DNA of 64,000 nucleotides from Vermamoeba vermiformis. Lineage: Eukaryota. A program made the translations under genes and the position numbers. A model generated the notes under the pieces. The model had not been told where the DNA came from. It saw only the letters and a program-made list of their open reading frames with translations, and ran no database searches. Location of the stretch: NCBI GenBank assembly GCA_045837725.1, contig JBEWZL010000098.1:186001-250000 (forward strand), written 5' to 3'. The stretch's first letter is position 1; each line of letters begins with the position of its first letter. This document shows, one piece after another, positions 22,825 through 35,202 of this stretch.

Positions 22825-25800
22825 TTAGAGCTCTTGCACGTAGTTAGCAGGGACCCAGCCACGTTGACCGCCGGCTTCAGCTTCCCACCAGCCATTGGCG
22901 TCCTTTTGAACAATAAAGAGGATGTCACCTTCACCGAATGTCAACTCGTCGTCGTTCTGCGCGGTGTAGGGATACAAGGCACGTGCTTGAGGCTTGGCAG
23001 GTTGAGCGGGCATCTTGGCGGGACCAGGACCAGGACCTTTAGGACCCTTGGCCATGCCAGGACCGCCAGCTTTAGCCATACCAGGACCCTTAGGACCACC
23101 CATACCAGGGCCCTTAGGAGCACCCATGCCAGGGCCTTTAGCAGCGCCCATGCCGGGCCCCTTTGGTCCTCCCATGCCTGGGCCCTTAGGACCACCCATA
23201 CCGGGTCCTTTGGGAGCACCCATGCCGGGACCCTTTGGTGCACCCATGCCGGGACCTTTAGCGGCACCCATGCCAGGGCCTTTGGGAGCGCCCATTCCGG
23301 GACCTTTAGGAGCGCCCATGCCTGGACCCTTCGCACGACCAGGAGCAGCACGGCCAACAGGAGCAGAGCGTTGAGCACCAGGAACGAATCCTTGAGGAGC
23401 AGTGTCTGTGTTGCGATCGAGACCGCTTTGAATCATGACGGTCATTGTCTTGCCCGATTTTCTGATGCGAGGAACTGAAGCAGACTCGTCCTTTTGGAAC
23501 ACAATTTGTCTGCTGTCACCAGCCTTGGGTCGGTAGGTGATGCTGTCACTGAAGTTGATGGCGAGCTTGCGACCAGTAGCTTGTTCGTAGTACTCGTTCA
23601 ACACAGCCACGAGTTCAGTCTTGTTCGCGCACTCGATCACGACGTCGAACTCGCTGTCGCTGTGAATGACAACGACGTTATCTTGCAAGGTACTCAAGGA
23701 GACAGAGGAGATGTTTTGCAAGGTCGTTCTGCGGGTCAACTTGGAGAGGGCCAGTCCTTGCTTGACAGCGCGCATGATCAAGTAGTACGCTGAGCTAGTG
23801 ACGACAAAGTCACGACGTTCAGGCATGCAGCGTCTGTTGAACTTGATGACTTGATCGTCAAAAGCGACACGCTCTTCACGGTATCTGTCCATGGCAGCTT
23901 GCACCGTGTAGTTGTTGTCGTAGTTGAGGTAGTCAGCGGTGAAGGCTCGGGCCACTGATTCGCGACGACGTTCCTTCTTGCCGCGGAAGATGTTGGCTGC
24001 AGCGGCCTTCTGTTCAAGGGCGTGCTTCTTGGCCTTCCAACGTCTCCAAGCACGTTGAATGACGAGGGCCTTTTCGTAGTCGTAACGTTCCAAGCACTCC
24101 TCCAAGAAGAACAACGATTCAGGGTGACGAATGAACATCTTCGTCTTGCCCAATTGCCACTCCTTGGTGTCGAGGCCTGATTCTTGCAACACAACGGTAC
24201 AACCCTCGCGAGGATCACCGCTCCATTCACCCCAGATACCCCAAGTCTTGGGCGACAACTTCTTGTATCTGTTCAAGAAGCGCGCGAAGGGTGCACGGTA
24301 GGCAAATCCAGCACGACGGACGCGCACGTTTTCGAGCAGACCGAGGTACTTGACTTGATGGCTGACACGCTGGTCATCCCAATCTTGAGGCTGCTTGGTG
24401 TCGTTGGGCTTGATGCAACGTACGTAGTGCGGTGTGCAAGCAGAGAGGGTCTTGATGAGCGATTGGCACGAGGTCTTGATCTTGAAACCAGCGGTGGTCG
24501 GTCTCTTGGACTGCTTGACCTTGGTGTCTTCGGGGAAGAGCGAGACCAAGAACGGATTGTCACTGCACTGCATGGCTTCGATCAAGTCGTTGAAGACGGT
24601 GTCCTTGTTCTTCTCGCAGAAACCTTCAATCTCGTAGGTCACATCACCGGCATAGTGCTTGATCGTGAAGGAAGTGTCGGCACGTCGGAAGTGCAAGTTT
24701 TGGGTGTAAGTACCAATGCACTTGTCGAGGAACTTCATGTCGAGATTGCCACTAGACTCGGCGTGCATCGTGTAGCAAATGTCGTCGAGCAAGGAGAACA
24801 TGCCGGGGGGTGCTTTGCCTTCGATCAACTCGCACACGACCAAGTTGTTGAAGTACTTGATGGGCTCCCACTTGATGCCCTCTTGCTTGTACTCCTCTTG
24901 TTCGGCCTTGAGCGTCAATTCAATAAAGTACTGCTGCAACTTCTCGTTCACGTAGTTGATGCAGAACTGTTCGAAGCTGTTGAACTAGATATACTGCACG
25001 TCAGTATTTGAATGGCTGACTAGCAAACACAATGACTGGTACTCACATCGAAGATTTCAAAGCCGTAAATATCGAGCACACCGATGACGCAAGCAAAGTC
25101 GAGATTGAATTTGGAGAGGGCCTGATTGGTCTTCTCAATCAAGAAGTCGAAGATGCGACTGTAGATTGTCTTGGCCAGGGCATCACGAGCTCCCTCAGCC
25201 TGCACCTTGTTCTGCGGCACGTTGTACGTGGAAGTACGACCACCAGCACCACCAGTGTTGATCACACGGAAGGTGAGGGCATTGCGCAAAGTGAACGGAT
25301 CCACTTGTAAGATGGCAGCAGCGACGTTCAGACCTGCAGATACATACACATATGAGTGCCAATGAAGCAACGCCGTCTAACTGTTTAGTACGCACCGTTC
25401 TCATCAGCAATGTCCGCATTGCCCTGGTTGTTCTCGGCGAACTGAATGTTGCCCAAGTGCAGCACCGAGGCTACGAGCGCAAAGATATTTTGTTGCGTGG
25501 CCTCATCGATGCCGACTGTGTACATGGCCTGCAAGGTCTCTTTGAAGTCCTCGGCATCGTCCACACCTTGGATCGTGAAGCAGCGACTGTTGGCAATGTA
25601 ACCAAAGTACTCGGGCTGATAGAGCTGCAACGACTCAATCATTTGTTGGTGCGCGCCTGACAAGAGCTGATAGAAAATATGGAAGGTACGCTCGCCTTCT
25701 TTTTGGTAGACGATACGCGACTTCTCGAGCAGATCTAAATGGTTGTTAATTACTTGCGAAGAAAATGATATTACAGTATACTCACAGTGGTTAATTTTGC

Positions 25801-26655
25801 CACCGCTAGGGTCACCATATCTGTTGAATTGAATCTCAAAATATTTGCCCTGGAAATCACATGTTAATGCGACTGAATCAGCCCCGCAAGTTAATTAACG
25901 AGCTTACGAATCGACTTGAGTTGTTGTTTCTCAATGTCTTGGCGTTACCGAAGGCCTCCAACAAAGGATTGGATTGAAGAATAACGTCCTTAATGTAGGC
26001 AATTTCCGGACTATTGCCAGAAACCAACGAGACGTACTTCATAATCAACTTGGCAGCTTCAGTCTTGCCTGCACCAGACTCACCACTATTATTTGTATAT
26101 TAATTAACCCATAATACTGCAGTATTAGTAAACAAAAAAAAATTATTAACGTACGTGATAATAACGCATTGATTTTCTTGCTCATTCTTGACAGAGCGAT
26201 AAGCCTCTTCAGCAAGAGCAAAAATGTTCGGTTGCACTTCGTGACGGAATCTACCGCGGTACTGGTCGACATTTTCATCGTCACAGATGCCCTTAATCCA
26301 ACGGAAAGGGTTCACGGAGATAAGCACAGGGCCGATATTGGTCTGAAAAAATGGGTTATATAATTATGACTGCTTTTGTATAATCAAAACTGCAGGAATA
26401 ATAAGTAAATTTGGGAGATATTTTTGATTCAATTCAGAAAGTCTAATCTGCCTTCTTTCTCTGAGACATACGTAAATCAAATCGGAGCGAAATCTCTTCA
26501 ACAAGTTACCGCAGATGCCGTCTTCAGTAACTTGCGGCAGGAGGACGAGATCGTCAACTCCCTGCTGCTCCATCAACCCCTTAGTTCTGAATTCCGTCTG
26601 AATAAAAGAATATTAGATAATACTGCAGTATAATTATACTGGGCCTATTTACCAT
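22825..26655 (-). CDS. Long-tailed class I myosin (motor, IQ, TH1, Gly/Pro/Ala-rich TH2, SH3)
   Basis: [76 protein letters not shown], and C-terminal SH3 ARALYPY...GWVPANYV. Confidence 0.97.
23070..23332 (-). repeat. 24-bp coding tandem repeat: ten KGPGMG(A/G)(P/A) units plus a degenerate one, in the myosin I TH2 tail
   Basis: Visible in the 708-aa ORF; units differ at synonymous positions. Confidence 0.93.
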
Positions 26656-26977
26656 TTTGAAGGATTAGAATGAGGCGTGTTCGTGTTTAAAAAAAGATAT
26701 GGAAAAAAGATTCTACAAAAACCCAAACCAAAAATCTCTCTTACGCTCACACACGGCAGCTGGAAATTGAACCGGTTAATAATAATGTCACCTGCAAGGT
26801 ACTCTTGATTGTTAAATTACAATTGTACACTGCTTTATTACTTTCTTTTCAATTTGCTACAGATCGCATTTCGAATGAGATTTGTTAAGTCTCGTTGTTG
26901 GTCATAAATATTGGTGAAGGAATCGGTCTATTAGGCGGATGAAGTCGTGGGGCTAGTTAGATGGTAATCTTGGCTCA

Positions 26978-28393
26978 TTAGTGAGCGGCATTGTCGTTAG
27001 ATCTGCCGCCAGTCTTGTTGTCGCGCTTGGCACCAGCAGGCTTGGACTGACCCTGAGGACGAGGGGCACTCGACTTGGCGCCACGGTTGCGGTCTTCAAT
27101 CACCAACGGACGGCCATCAAGAGTAACCTAAGTGTCAGCATGTCAGTTACAGTACTCACTTGGTGACAGGAGCAGTACTCACAGGGTGCTCGTTGAAGTG
27201 GTCGAGTGCTTTCTTGAGGTCTTCAGCACTGGTCAAATCAACAAAGCCGTAGCCACGCTTCAATGCAATGTCCTTGATGGTGACTAACTTGGCGAAGAGG
27301 TTGTACACCTGTTCACTGGTGGCTTCAAACGGCAAATTGCCGACGTAGACGGAGTGGCCTTCGCGCTCTTGCTTGGGCTTCTTCTCTTTGACTTGAGTTG
27401 GCTTGGGGGCAGCACCAGTCGCTGTCTTGGGTGCGCTTTGTGGTTGCTTGGGAACAACGCCAATCTTGGTCTTGGGCTTAGCGGCGCTCACTGGAGGAGC
27501 ATCGGTGGCAGCAGCACTGCCCGAGACAATGTTGGCGTAAGTAGCAGGCTTGGAGGGCTTGGCGGCAGGTTGTTCTTGGCCGTGTTCGGGCTTGGTCTCG
27601 CGACTCTTCTTGTCTTCACCCTTGCGGTTCGTGTTCTGACGACCCTTGCGAGTGGTGGTCGGGGAGCCAGCGGCAGCAGCAGCGGGCTTTTTCTTGTCAC
27701 CTTGAGGTTGATTCTTGGCCTCACCATTGCCTTCAGCGACAGGAGCGGTGGTGATAGTGGTGTGTGTTTCAGTGCCATTGGTGGCAGTGGGGGCGGGGGT
27801 AGGGACTGGTTGGGCCTTGGGCTCTTCTTTGGCAGCAACAACAACTTGTTGCGGGGTCTCGTGCAAATAGCGCAAAATATCGTTGCGAATGGAGTAGTTG
27901 TGCGGGGTTTGTGCCTCCAAGAAGAAAGTCTGCACGAAGCGGCGTGTCTTGACAGCAGCGCCCTCCAAGCGATTGAAGCTGCCGACAGCAGTGATGACGA
28001 TGCCCTGATTGACTGAGTATTGACTGTCCATCACCTTCAATGTCACTTCAGAGTTGCGCACTTGATTGTGGAAGGTAGCCAGCTCTTTCTTGATTCCCTA
28101 CGAATTCTGGTATTAAAATCTGCGTACCTTCGCTCAACTGTCTGGTACTAATACGATATGTGTCGTGGAATGAGAATTATAAAATTGGTTGAATATTTAA
28201 GTACCTCGAGACCGGTGGTTGTCGATGCGTCTGCTTGACCACGAGCTTCGTCTCCGCGAGTGAAAACAGCGTCTAATTGATAGAATGTGTGCAACTTAGA
28301 GAAGTTTTCAGGGTCCACTAACAGGCCATAATAGGCTTCAGCAAAAGTGTGAGCAATGTAGGAGAGAGCATCCGAAGTGTTGGTTTGCGACAT
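26978..28393 (-). CDS. G3BP/Rasputin/Bre5-like protein (NTF2 domain + low-complexity linker + RRM)
   Basis: IAHTFAEAYYGLL...LHTFY, DSQYSVNQGIVITAVG, RRFVQTFFL...YSIRNDILRY; RRM SVYVGNLPF...GYGFVD. Confidence 0.9.
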
Positions 28394-28730
28394 TGTGCGA
28401 GCTGCAGAAAAATAATAGTGTTATTTTTTGCATAAATTCTTACTAATGTACCATAAAAATAAGGTTGTTGGTTCAATTCTGTAATATCTTCGGATCTAAA
28501 ATTATTTTTTAAAAGATTCAAAAGAGCCTAAATTTAACAAATAGTTGTTCTGACAAATTATAGCAACGTTGTGCATTATTATAAATATTAGTATTGTATA
28601 TTGTCGCTCATTTAGTCGAAGAAAACGATCAGAAACAGAATTGATCCTTATGTTAAGTAGCGTAATTGGCTTACCTGAACAACAGAGAAAAGAAAGTAAT
28701 GCAGTGTTGCAACGTATTCACTTACAGGTG

Positions 28731-30341
28731 ATGAATACTGTGTTTTTGCCAAGCCAACAACAGATTTGGATCTTCCGACGGATTTCTTCGGAGAACGTTT
28801 TATTTTTCTGAAGTCAATAGTGCAAATTGTTAACTACTGTAGTGTACATTGAAGCTTCAACAACAGACCACAAGGGACCTACTTGTTATTGTCTGCTTTT
28901 GGTGCGTGGATTTAGCTTAGGAGTGGATGGATAGAGGCGTTCTTGATATCAATATAATATAATATAATGCTCACTAGTTTCGTTGGATTTAATGTCGATA
29001 GAATCAGATTTTGCTCCCCTTCGAGTCGTTTTGGCGGATCTGACACCTGGTTCGTCACCTCCTCTCAAAATATTGACGTAAGTACATAATATAATATATC
29101 AGCTTAATTAAGCGATATTACCAAGCAGTATAACAGTACTGTAAAGTTGGATCCTTTCTTAGAAGTAGTACGAAATTAATTCTGCTCGCAGCACGCCCTG
29201 GCAGTGTGGGACTGGGAGACGTGTTTGAATGCAGAGAGCTATCAGCGCGTCACTGGCAAGGCACGTTACTTCCGCATGAGTGACGACGAGGACATTCGCG
29301 ATCCAGTGCGCGTCGCAACGAGTGCACTGAGTGCCGGTGATCAGAAGAACATCGGTACCCCTACCCAACTGCGCGTGAGTAATCAGCACTAGTATAGCGA
29401 GCATGTCTCACAGCCGCGCAGACACTGTCAGAGCACGAGCGCTCATTGCTAGTCACATCCACCTCTGCTGGTCTCGTGTTCGTGCACAACATTACACGCA
29501 CTCAACAGGCCACAGTAAGATCACGATGCATAATACAATGCACGACTAGTCACTCACCCTCGTTGTCCAGGAGCTCAAATACACGCAACACACCGCCGCA
29601 CACGCGAGTGCAGTGAATGACATCGACGTGCAGCAAGACAAGCTCGTGGTCGCATCAGCAGGCGAGGACGGACTAGTGCATGTGATCAGTCTCGCGGACT
29701 TGAAGACACGCAGCACTTTCGGTGAGTACGCGCGCTGATGGCACTCACGAGACTCACGCTCTTGTTCTCCAGCCCCGCCAGAGCGACGGTCCATCACCGC
29801 GCTCAAACACTGCACTGCTGACACCTTGGCACTCGCCATGGGCTCCGTCACCGTGCTCTGGGACTCGCGCACTGATAAGCCTGTCATGCGCTGTGAGTCC
29901 TCGCACAGCTCTCAGCTGACGCACCACCACGTGACGTGTTTGACGGTGCACCCTGATCAGCCGCACCGCTTGGTGACAGGTGCCAGTGACGGACGTGTCA
30001 CACTTTATGACCTGCGTGTCAATGCCGCACTGCAGTCGCACACCACGCACTCCTCGCTCGGTACGTACACTAGTCTCATCTTGCAGTCGTACTCACCACG
30101 GCCTATTCTAGTGTGGGAGGTCAAGTTCTTGCCGCAACAGCCAGATGCGCTGCTCTCGTGCGGTGAAGACGGTCAATTGCTCTTGTGGCACGCCAATGCT
30201 CCTGCAGCACCAGTGCATCGACTGCTGACTAACATCATGGGCGTCAATTCGTTCGACATTCACCCCGAATTTCAGTACCTCGCTGCGTCGTTGGATCAGG
30301 AGGCTGTCGTGTTCAACACGCAACTCGCGGAGAAATTGTAA
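28731..30341 (+). CDS. NUP43: WD40 protein, Nup43-like; 5' exon structure and start uncertain
   Basis: VTCLTVHPDQPHRLVTGASDGRVTLYDLR, HSSLVWEVKFLPQQPDALLSCGEDGQLLLW, GVNSFDI...DQEAVVF match the Nup43 C-terminal blades as I recall them. Confidence 0.68.
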
Positions 30342-30401
30342 AAATAAAAACTAGTAGATATCTGTTACATACCACAACTCACTTATAATACGACTCGAAC
30401 A

Positions 30402-31109
30402 ATGTCATTTTTTGGAGGTGCGAAGAAAATGTTGGGAGGTAAGTAATTGCAACGCAGTGAAGCGGGTACCAGAATGACGGATCGCACAGAAATAATTTTA
30501 AAAAAATTTCTAAGACAAATCATACTTGCGGCCTGCTATTAAAATGGTTTGTAGCATTATTGAGGTATAACAAAATTATTGTAAGGTGCCATGGACTTCG
30601 CCAAATACATGCCCCAGATCATGGCGCTATCACAAAAATTAGGCAAAATTTCAGCTGAAGGCGCCTCTGAAGGTAATAATAGCGAGTATAGCGCATAACA
30701 TTGGTGCTGACGGTGTGTTGTTAGGTAGTCTCGTGAAGGTGAAACTCGCGCGTCAATCAGGTAGGTCCAGTCTACTTGCGTTAGCTAACCTCTGTCCAAT
30801 ACTGACTAATAGCACTATGATTGTATCAGACTTTGGCAGTAAACTCACCGAAGTCAAGGTGGATCCGAGCTTGTTGAAGAAAACACCCGCTGAAATTGAG
30901 CGTCACGTGATGCAAGCTGTCAACCAGGGTCTGGCTAAGGTCAGTTTATATATTAATATTTATTTATATTAAATTTTGCCTTTGAGCAAATCATATTGCC
31001 TAATTAGGAAGTATCTGAACAAACACTGACGGAGCAGTTCAATTAGGAAATGGACGAACTGAAGAAATTGCTCACGACTGAAATGCAGAACTTCAAAGAG
31101 GACAAATAG
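30402..31109 (+). CDS. YbaB/EbfC-family small protein, 5 exons
   Basis: Spliced MSFFGGAKKMLGGAMDFAKYMPQIMALSQKLGKISAEGASEGSLVKVKLARQSDFGSKLTEVKVDPSLLKKTPAEIERHVMQAVNQGLAKEMDELKKLL fits the YbaB pattern (EG.S.G.LVKV, V.IDPSLL, AVN). Confidence 0.75.
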
Positions 31110-31428
31110 AGCAATCACGTGCCTCTATATATATCGAGGGTCTATTAACATGTGCTCGCACAACACGCGATAAGAGGTGTTTGAAAGAATAAACAATTGT
31201 ATATACTGGCCAATGCGTTAGTTCTCAGTACTTGTTGCCTGATCTAGTCTCCGATCGGTCACGTGTTCGAGTCACGTGTTCGTTGTTTATGACGCACGTG
31301 ATTTTCTCAAACATTTGACGCGCACGCAAATTCGAAATTGAACACGAAGCTTCACGACCACAACAGTCTATCTTATTCGCTCATTGAACCATCACAGACT
31401 ATTGCATGACTCACAGACTATTGCAGGG

Positions 31429-34400
31429 ATGACAGCGATGTTTGACGTTGAAAAATGGTAAAATGATATTTGAAAAATACGAAAAAAAATTACAAAAATA
31501 TTTAATATCACTTATTTAGCTCAATGCTGCTCAAATTAGCATTGAACAGAATTCGATTGCAGAAAAATAAGAAGCGTGAATTGAATGAAGTGCGTCGGCG
31601 TGAGATCGCAACACTCTTAGCTGACGGCAAGGAAGATCAAGCACGTGTGAAGGTACTAGCGAGTGAGACGAGTACAGCGACGATAATATTTAATGCACAT
31701 GCAGGTTATCGCATTAGTACATGAAGATCTGATGGTGGAAGCACTCGGCATTGTGGAAGTCTACTGCGAGACTATTGCAGTGCGCTTAGACATCATCGCT
31801 GCACAAATGTACGCCGATTGCAGCTATTAATAGCTCTAATCTTTGCGACAGTTCTTGTCCGCTTGACATGCACGAGTCTATCAGCGGCATTATTTATTCC
31901 GCGCCCTATTTTGAACACAGCCCTGAACTCGCCAAGGTCAGTACACTCCATGACCAAATATGGCAATAGCTGATGTGTTGCACAGATTGCGCGCATGTTG
32001 ATGCACAAATATGGCGCAGACTTTGCCAATGAAGCAGCGACTAACAAGCTCATCAACACACGCGTAGGTTCTAAAAATAGTTCATCACGTGACTCACTAA
32101 GCATTGCAGTTATTTCGCGCGCTGTCCAATCAGTTGCCCGAAGAAGGTCTGATCCACTTCTATCTCTCGGTCATCTCGCGCACTCACGAGATCGACTGGT
32201 CTGTGCCGGTAACTATTCATGAACGGTGACACTTTGACATCGCACTGACACGTGTCACTGCAGACAGTTGAGGGCATGGCTAAGATCGACGAAGCACTTG
32301 CCAAAAAAGGTCTGCGCGAAGAGAGCAGTGTGCCACTAGACAGCGCGGTGGATGAAGGCCCTGTGTTGCGCGGAATATTTCAGCAAGATGCCGTGGAGAG
32401 CACGTGGGGGTGGGTGACGACGGAAGAATTGGGTCCGCAGCGACCAGTGCTGGTGACACGCGACGAGTCCGTGCCCTGGCCGAGATCACGTGACACTGTG
32501 CGCGTGCAGTTGAGTGACCCTGGCAAGAGCGGAACAATTGCTGGTCAACTGCTGTTTGACGGGCCTGCTCCGAATACTGGCACACGTCACGTGTCTGGTG
32601 TGTTGCAGGTGGACAAAAAAGGCAATCACTGGGCAGTGTCACGTGATCCGATCAGCAGTCGCGCGCTGTACGTGTTCATCGCGCCCAAAGATCTGAATGG
32701 CGCGCAACCTCGCGATCACGTGCGCGTTGAACTTCACAACCGCGCTGACAGCAAACTGTCAGGCCGTGTCATTGCCGCTGAACAATTGCCTAATTTGGAA
32801 CAGTCGCAGCCTCGCTTCTACCAGGGTGATTTGCAGCGAGATAAGTCTGGCCGCTACTGGGTCACACAAGGCACGTGATTTGGTGATCTATTTTTAGCTT
32901 CAAGTCCTAAAAAAGGTTGTTTTTTAGCGACACCTGTCATTCCAGGGCCTGTGCGCGCAGAGCTGACATTGACACGACCGGTGTACATTGCGGACAAAGA
33001 TCTGCTCGCTGACAGCAGTCCCGGCACACGTGTGGTGATTGAACTGCACGCGCGCACTGACGACAAGCTCTCCGCGCGCATCGTGTCGGCCGTGGCGAGT
33101 GCCGCGCTGAGTGGCAGCGAGAGCGAGTTTGAGGCCGTGCTCACCATTGACTCGCACACGGGCATGGGCTATGCAGTGCACCCCAGCACACGTGCGGTGT
33201 ACGTCATGCCCACGAGGTAAGGCAGTGCTCGTTCAGTGAATCAGAGAACTCATGACACGCGTTTCAGTGAACACCTCAATTACGCGCAACATCTCGATCA
33301 CGTGCGCGTTGTGCCACTCAGTCCCCTCGATCAGAATGGCACCAACCAGGGCCAGTTCACGCTCGGTCAGGTGACACGTGTCATCAAGCCTCACTCGCAC
33401 ACCAAAGATGTGATTGGTCAGGTGACTGTGACGGCTGATGGCACTGCTCACGTGCCGTACTTGACCTCCATTCATCGCCTGCGCGTGGATGACACTGTCG
33501 ATCAGATCACTGTGGATATTCCTCCAGAGGCTGTTAAGAAGCACAATCTCCGCACCGGAGATTTAGTGATGGTGCGTGCTCAGCGATATTTCCCGTCAGG
33601 TGACACCCCACACCCACACGTGACTGGCGAGGTCATGAATGTGTTACAGCATGCTAGCGACCTCTCGTTGACAGGTGTCAAATCGAGTGTGACACCATCT
33701 CCGAGCGCGTCACTCATGTCCACCAATGACAGTCACGCAAGTGATCACGTGCTTTTCCAGGGCCTCGAATCAGAGCTCGACAACACCGTCTATCACGTGA
33801 CCGATGAGCTGCGATCACGTGGTGCCGAGGCCAGTCACGTGATCACCGACGAGCCAGTGATGGTGCTCGACATTGGCGAGTACTCTGTGCGCGCAGGACT
33901 GCACACTCTGGTCAACGAAGGTCAAACCAGTCCGAGTCTCGAGCTGAGTGCGGTGATTGGTCGCACGAGTGTGCCACCAACCATGTTGACAGCTGTCAAT
34001 GACGAGTTCTATTTTGGGTACGAAGCACTCAGACGGCGCAGTGTCCTTTCAGTGAATTCGTTGATGGAGCACGGTCACGTGCTGGACTGGGATCACGTGG
34101 ATCAATTCGTTGGTCACGTGTACGAACAACTGCAATTAATCAGCGCGGAATATCCTGTGAGTATCTGCCGCTAAGTTAGGTTTATTATTCCGCTCACTTT
34201 CCTAATTAGGTCGTGTTGCCCCTGCCAGCCAATACTCCGCACGCCAATATCTCCGAGTACGCCTCGATCCTGTTTGAGAGTCACGTGGTCCCCTATCTCG
34301 CAATGCCCTCGCAAGTCACGTGCCTGCCCTGGTCCATGACACGTGACGCACCTGCCTTGCTTGTCGATCTCGGTGCTGGTCAGACGCAAGTGACAGCTGT

Positions 34401-35013
34401 CACCGCTGACAATCACGTGCTCCACCACGTGACAGCACGCACCACACTGGCCGGGCGATCACTGGCGACAGTGCTGTCACGTGACTTGAAACTCGATCAC
34501 GTGCCCTGGGTGATCACCACGCAGTTGCTGAATCATTGCGCCCTGGTGGAAGATGTCACTCAACTCGATCACGTGATCGATCGATCGGAGCCACTGTCAC
34601 TGTCCGATTTGGAAGTGGAGGCAGGCTTACCTTCCATATTTGGTGCTGAGCGGTATCGCTGTCCCGAACTACTGTTTGACCCTCGGCCCTTGGGTCTGGA
34701 GCTCGAGCAGGGTCTCAGTCACGTGCTTGCTCGTTCACTGAACCGCGTCACCGACCAGTCGCTGCGTCATCTGCTCGCGCGGAACATTGTGCTGAGCGGT
34801 GGCTTGTCGCAGCTGACAGGTCTCACCGCTCGACTGACACGTGATCTGCGCGCACTGATGTCCGATCACGTGATCAGCGTCCAATCAGCAGCGAGTGCCA
34901 GTCACGCGGTGTGGCTCGGTGCAGCGCGCAGTGTGCACGAACAGCACTACTACTCGCGCGATGATTTTTTCGAACAGGGCTCGCGTGTGTTCATCGACTC
35001 CTCGCAGTTGTAA
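31429..35013 (+). CDS. Multidomain fusion: IST1 (ESCRT-III-like) N-domain + ~5 cold-shock/OB repeats of RNase II/R type + divergent actin-related domain
   Basis: IST1: LKLALNRIRLQKNKK...RREIATLLADGKEDQARVK...EDLMVEALGIVEVYCE...KYGADFA. OB: VFIAPKDLNGAQPRDHVRVEL...SGRVI. Actin: VLDIGEYSVRAG, FGYEAL, EHGHVLDWD, LVDLGAGQT, ERYRCPELLFDP, NIVLSGG, AVWLGA. The junctions I checked between domains are phase-compatible. Confidence 0.8.
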
Positions 35014-35202
35014 TTATCACGTGGTTTGCATGAACGATCACGTGATGTTGCCTTATTTGTACATACAAAAAAAATGTAAATTCCGCATTGCCTAAAATTT
35101 CCTTGGGTGAAGTGTTACGCTTCCAGCTTCCAGTTGATGTTACAGGATTAGAGGAGTACACGATATGTATAATATATAATTGTATATAATAGTTATAAGA
35201 AC

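Noticed and set aside
23070-23332. 24-bp periodic repeat as a CRISPR-like array
   Set aside because: No spacers; it is the in-frame Gly/Pro/Ala-rich TH2 tail normal for amoeboid myosin I.
31392-31425. 15-bp direct repeat TCACAGACTATTGCA upstream of the IST1 fusion start
   Set aside because: Only two copies 4 nt apart; a simple slippage duplication.
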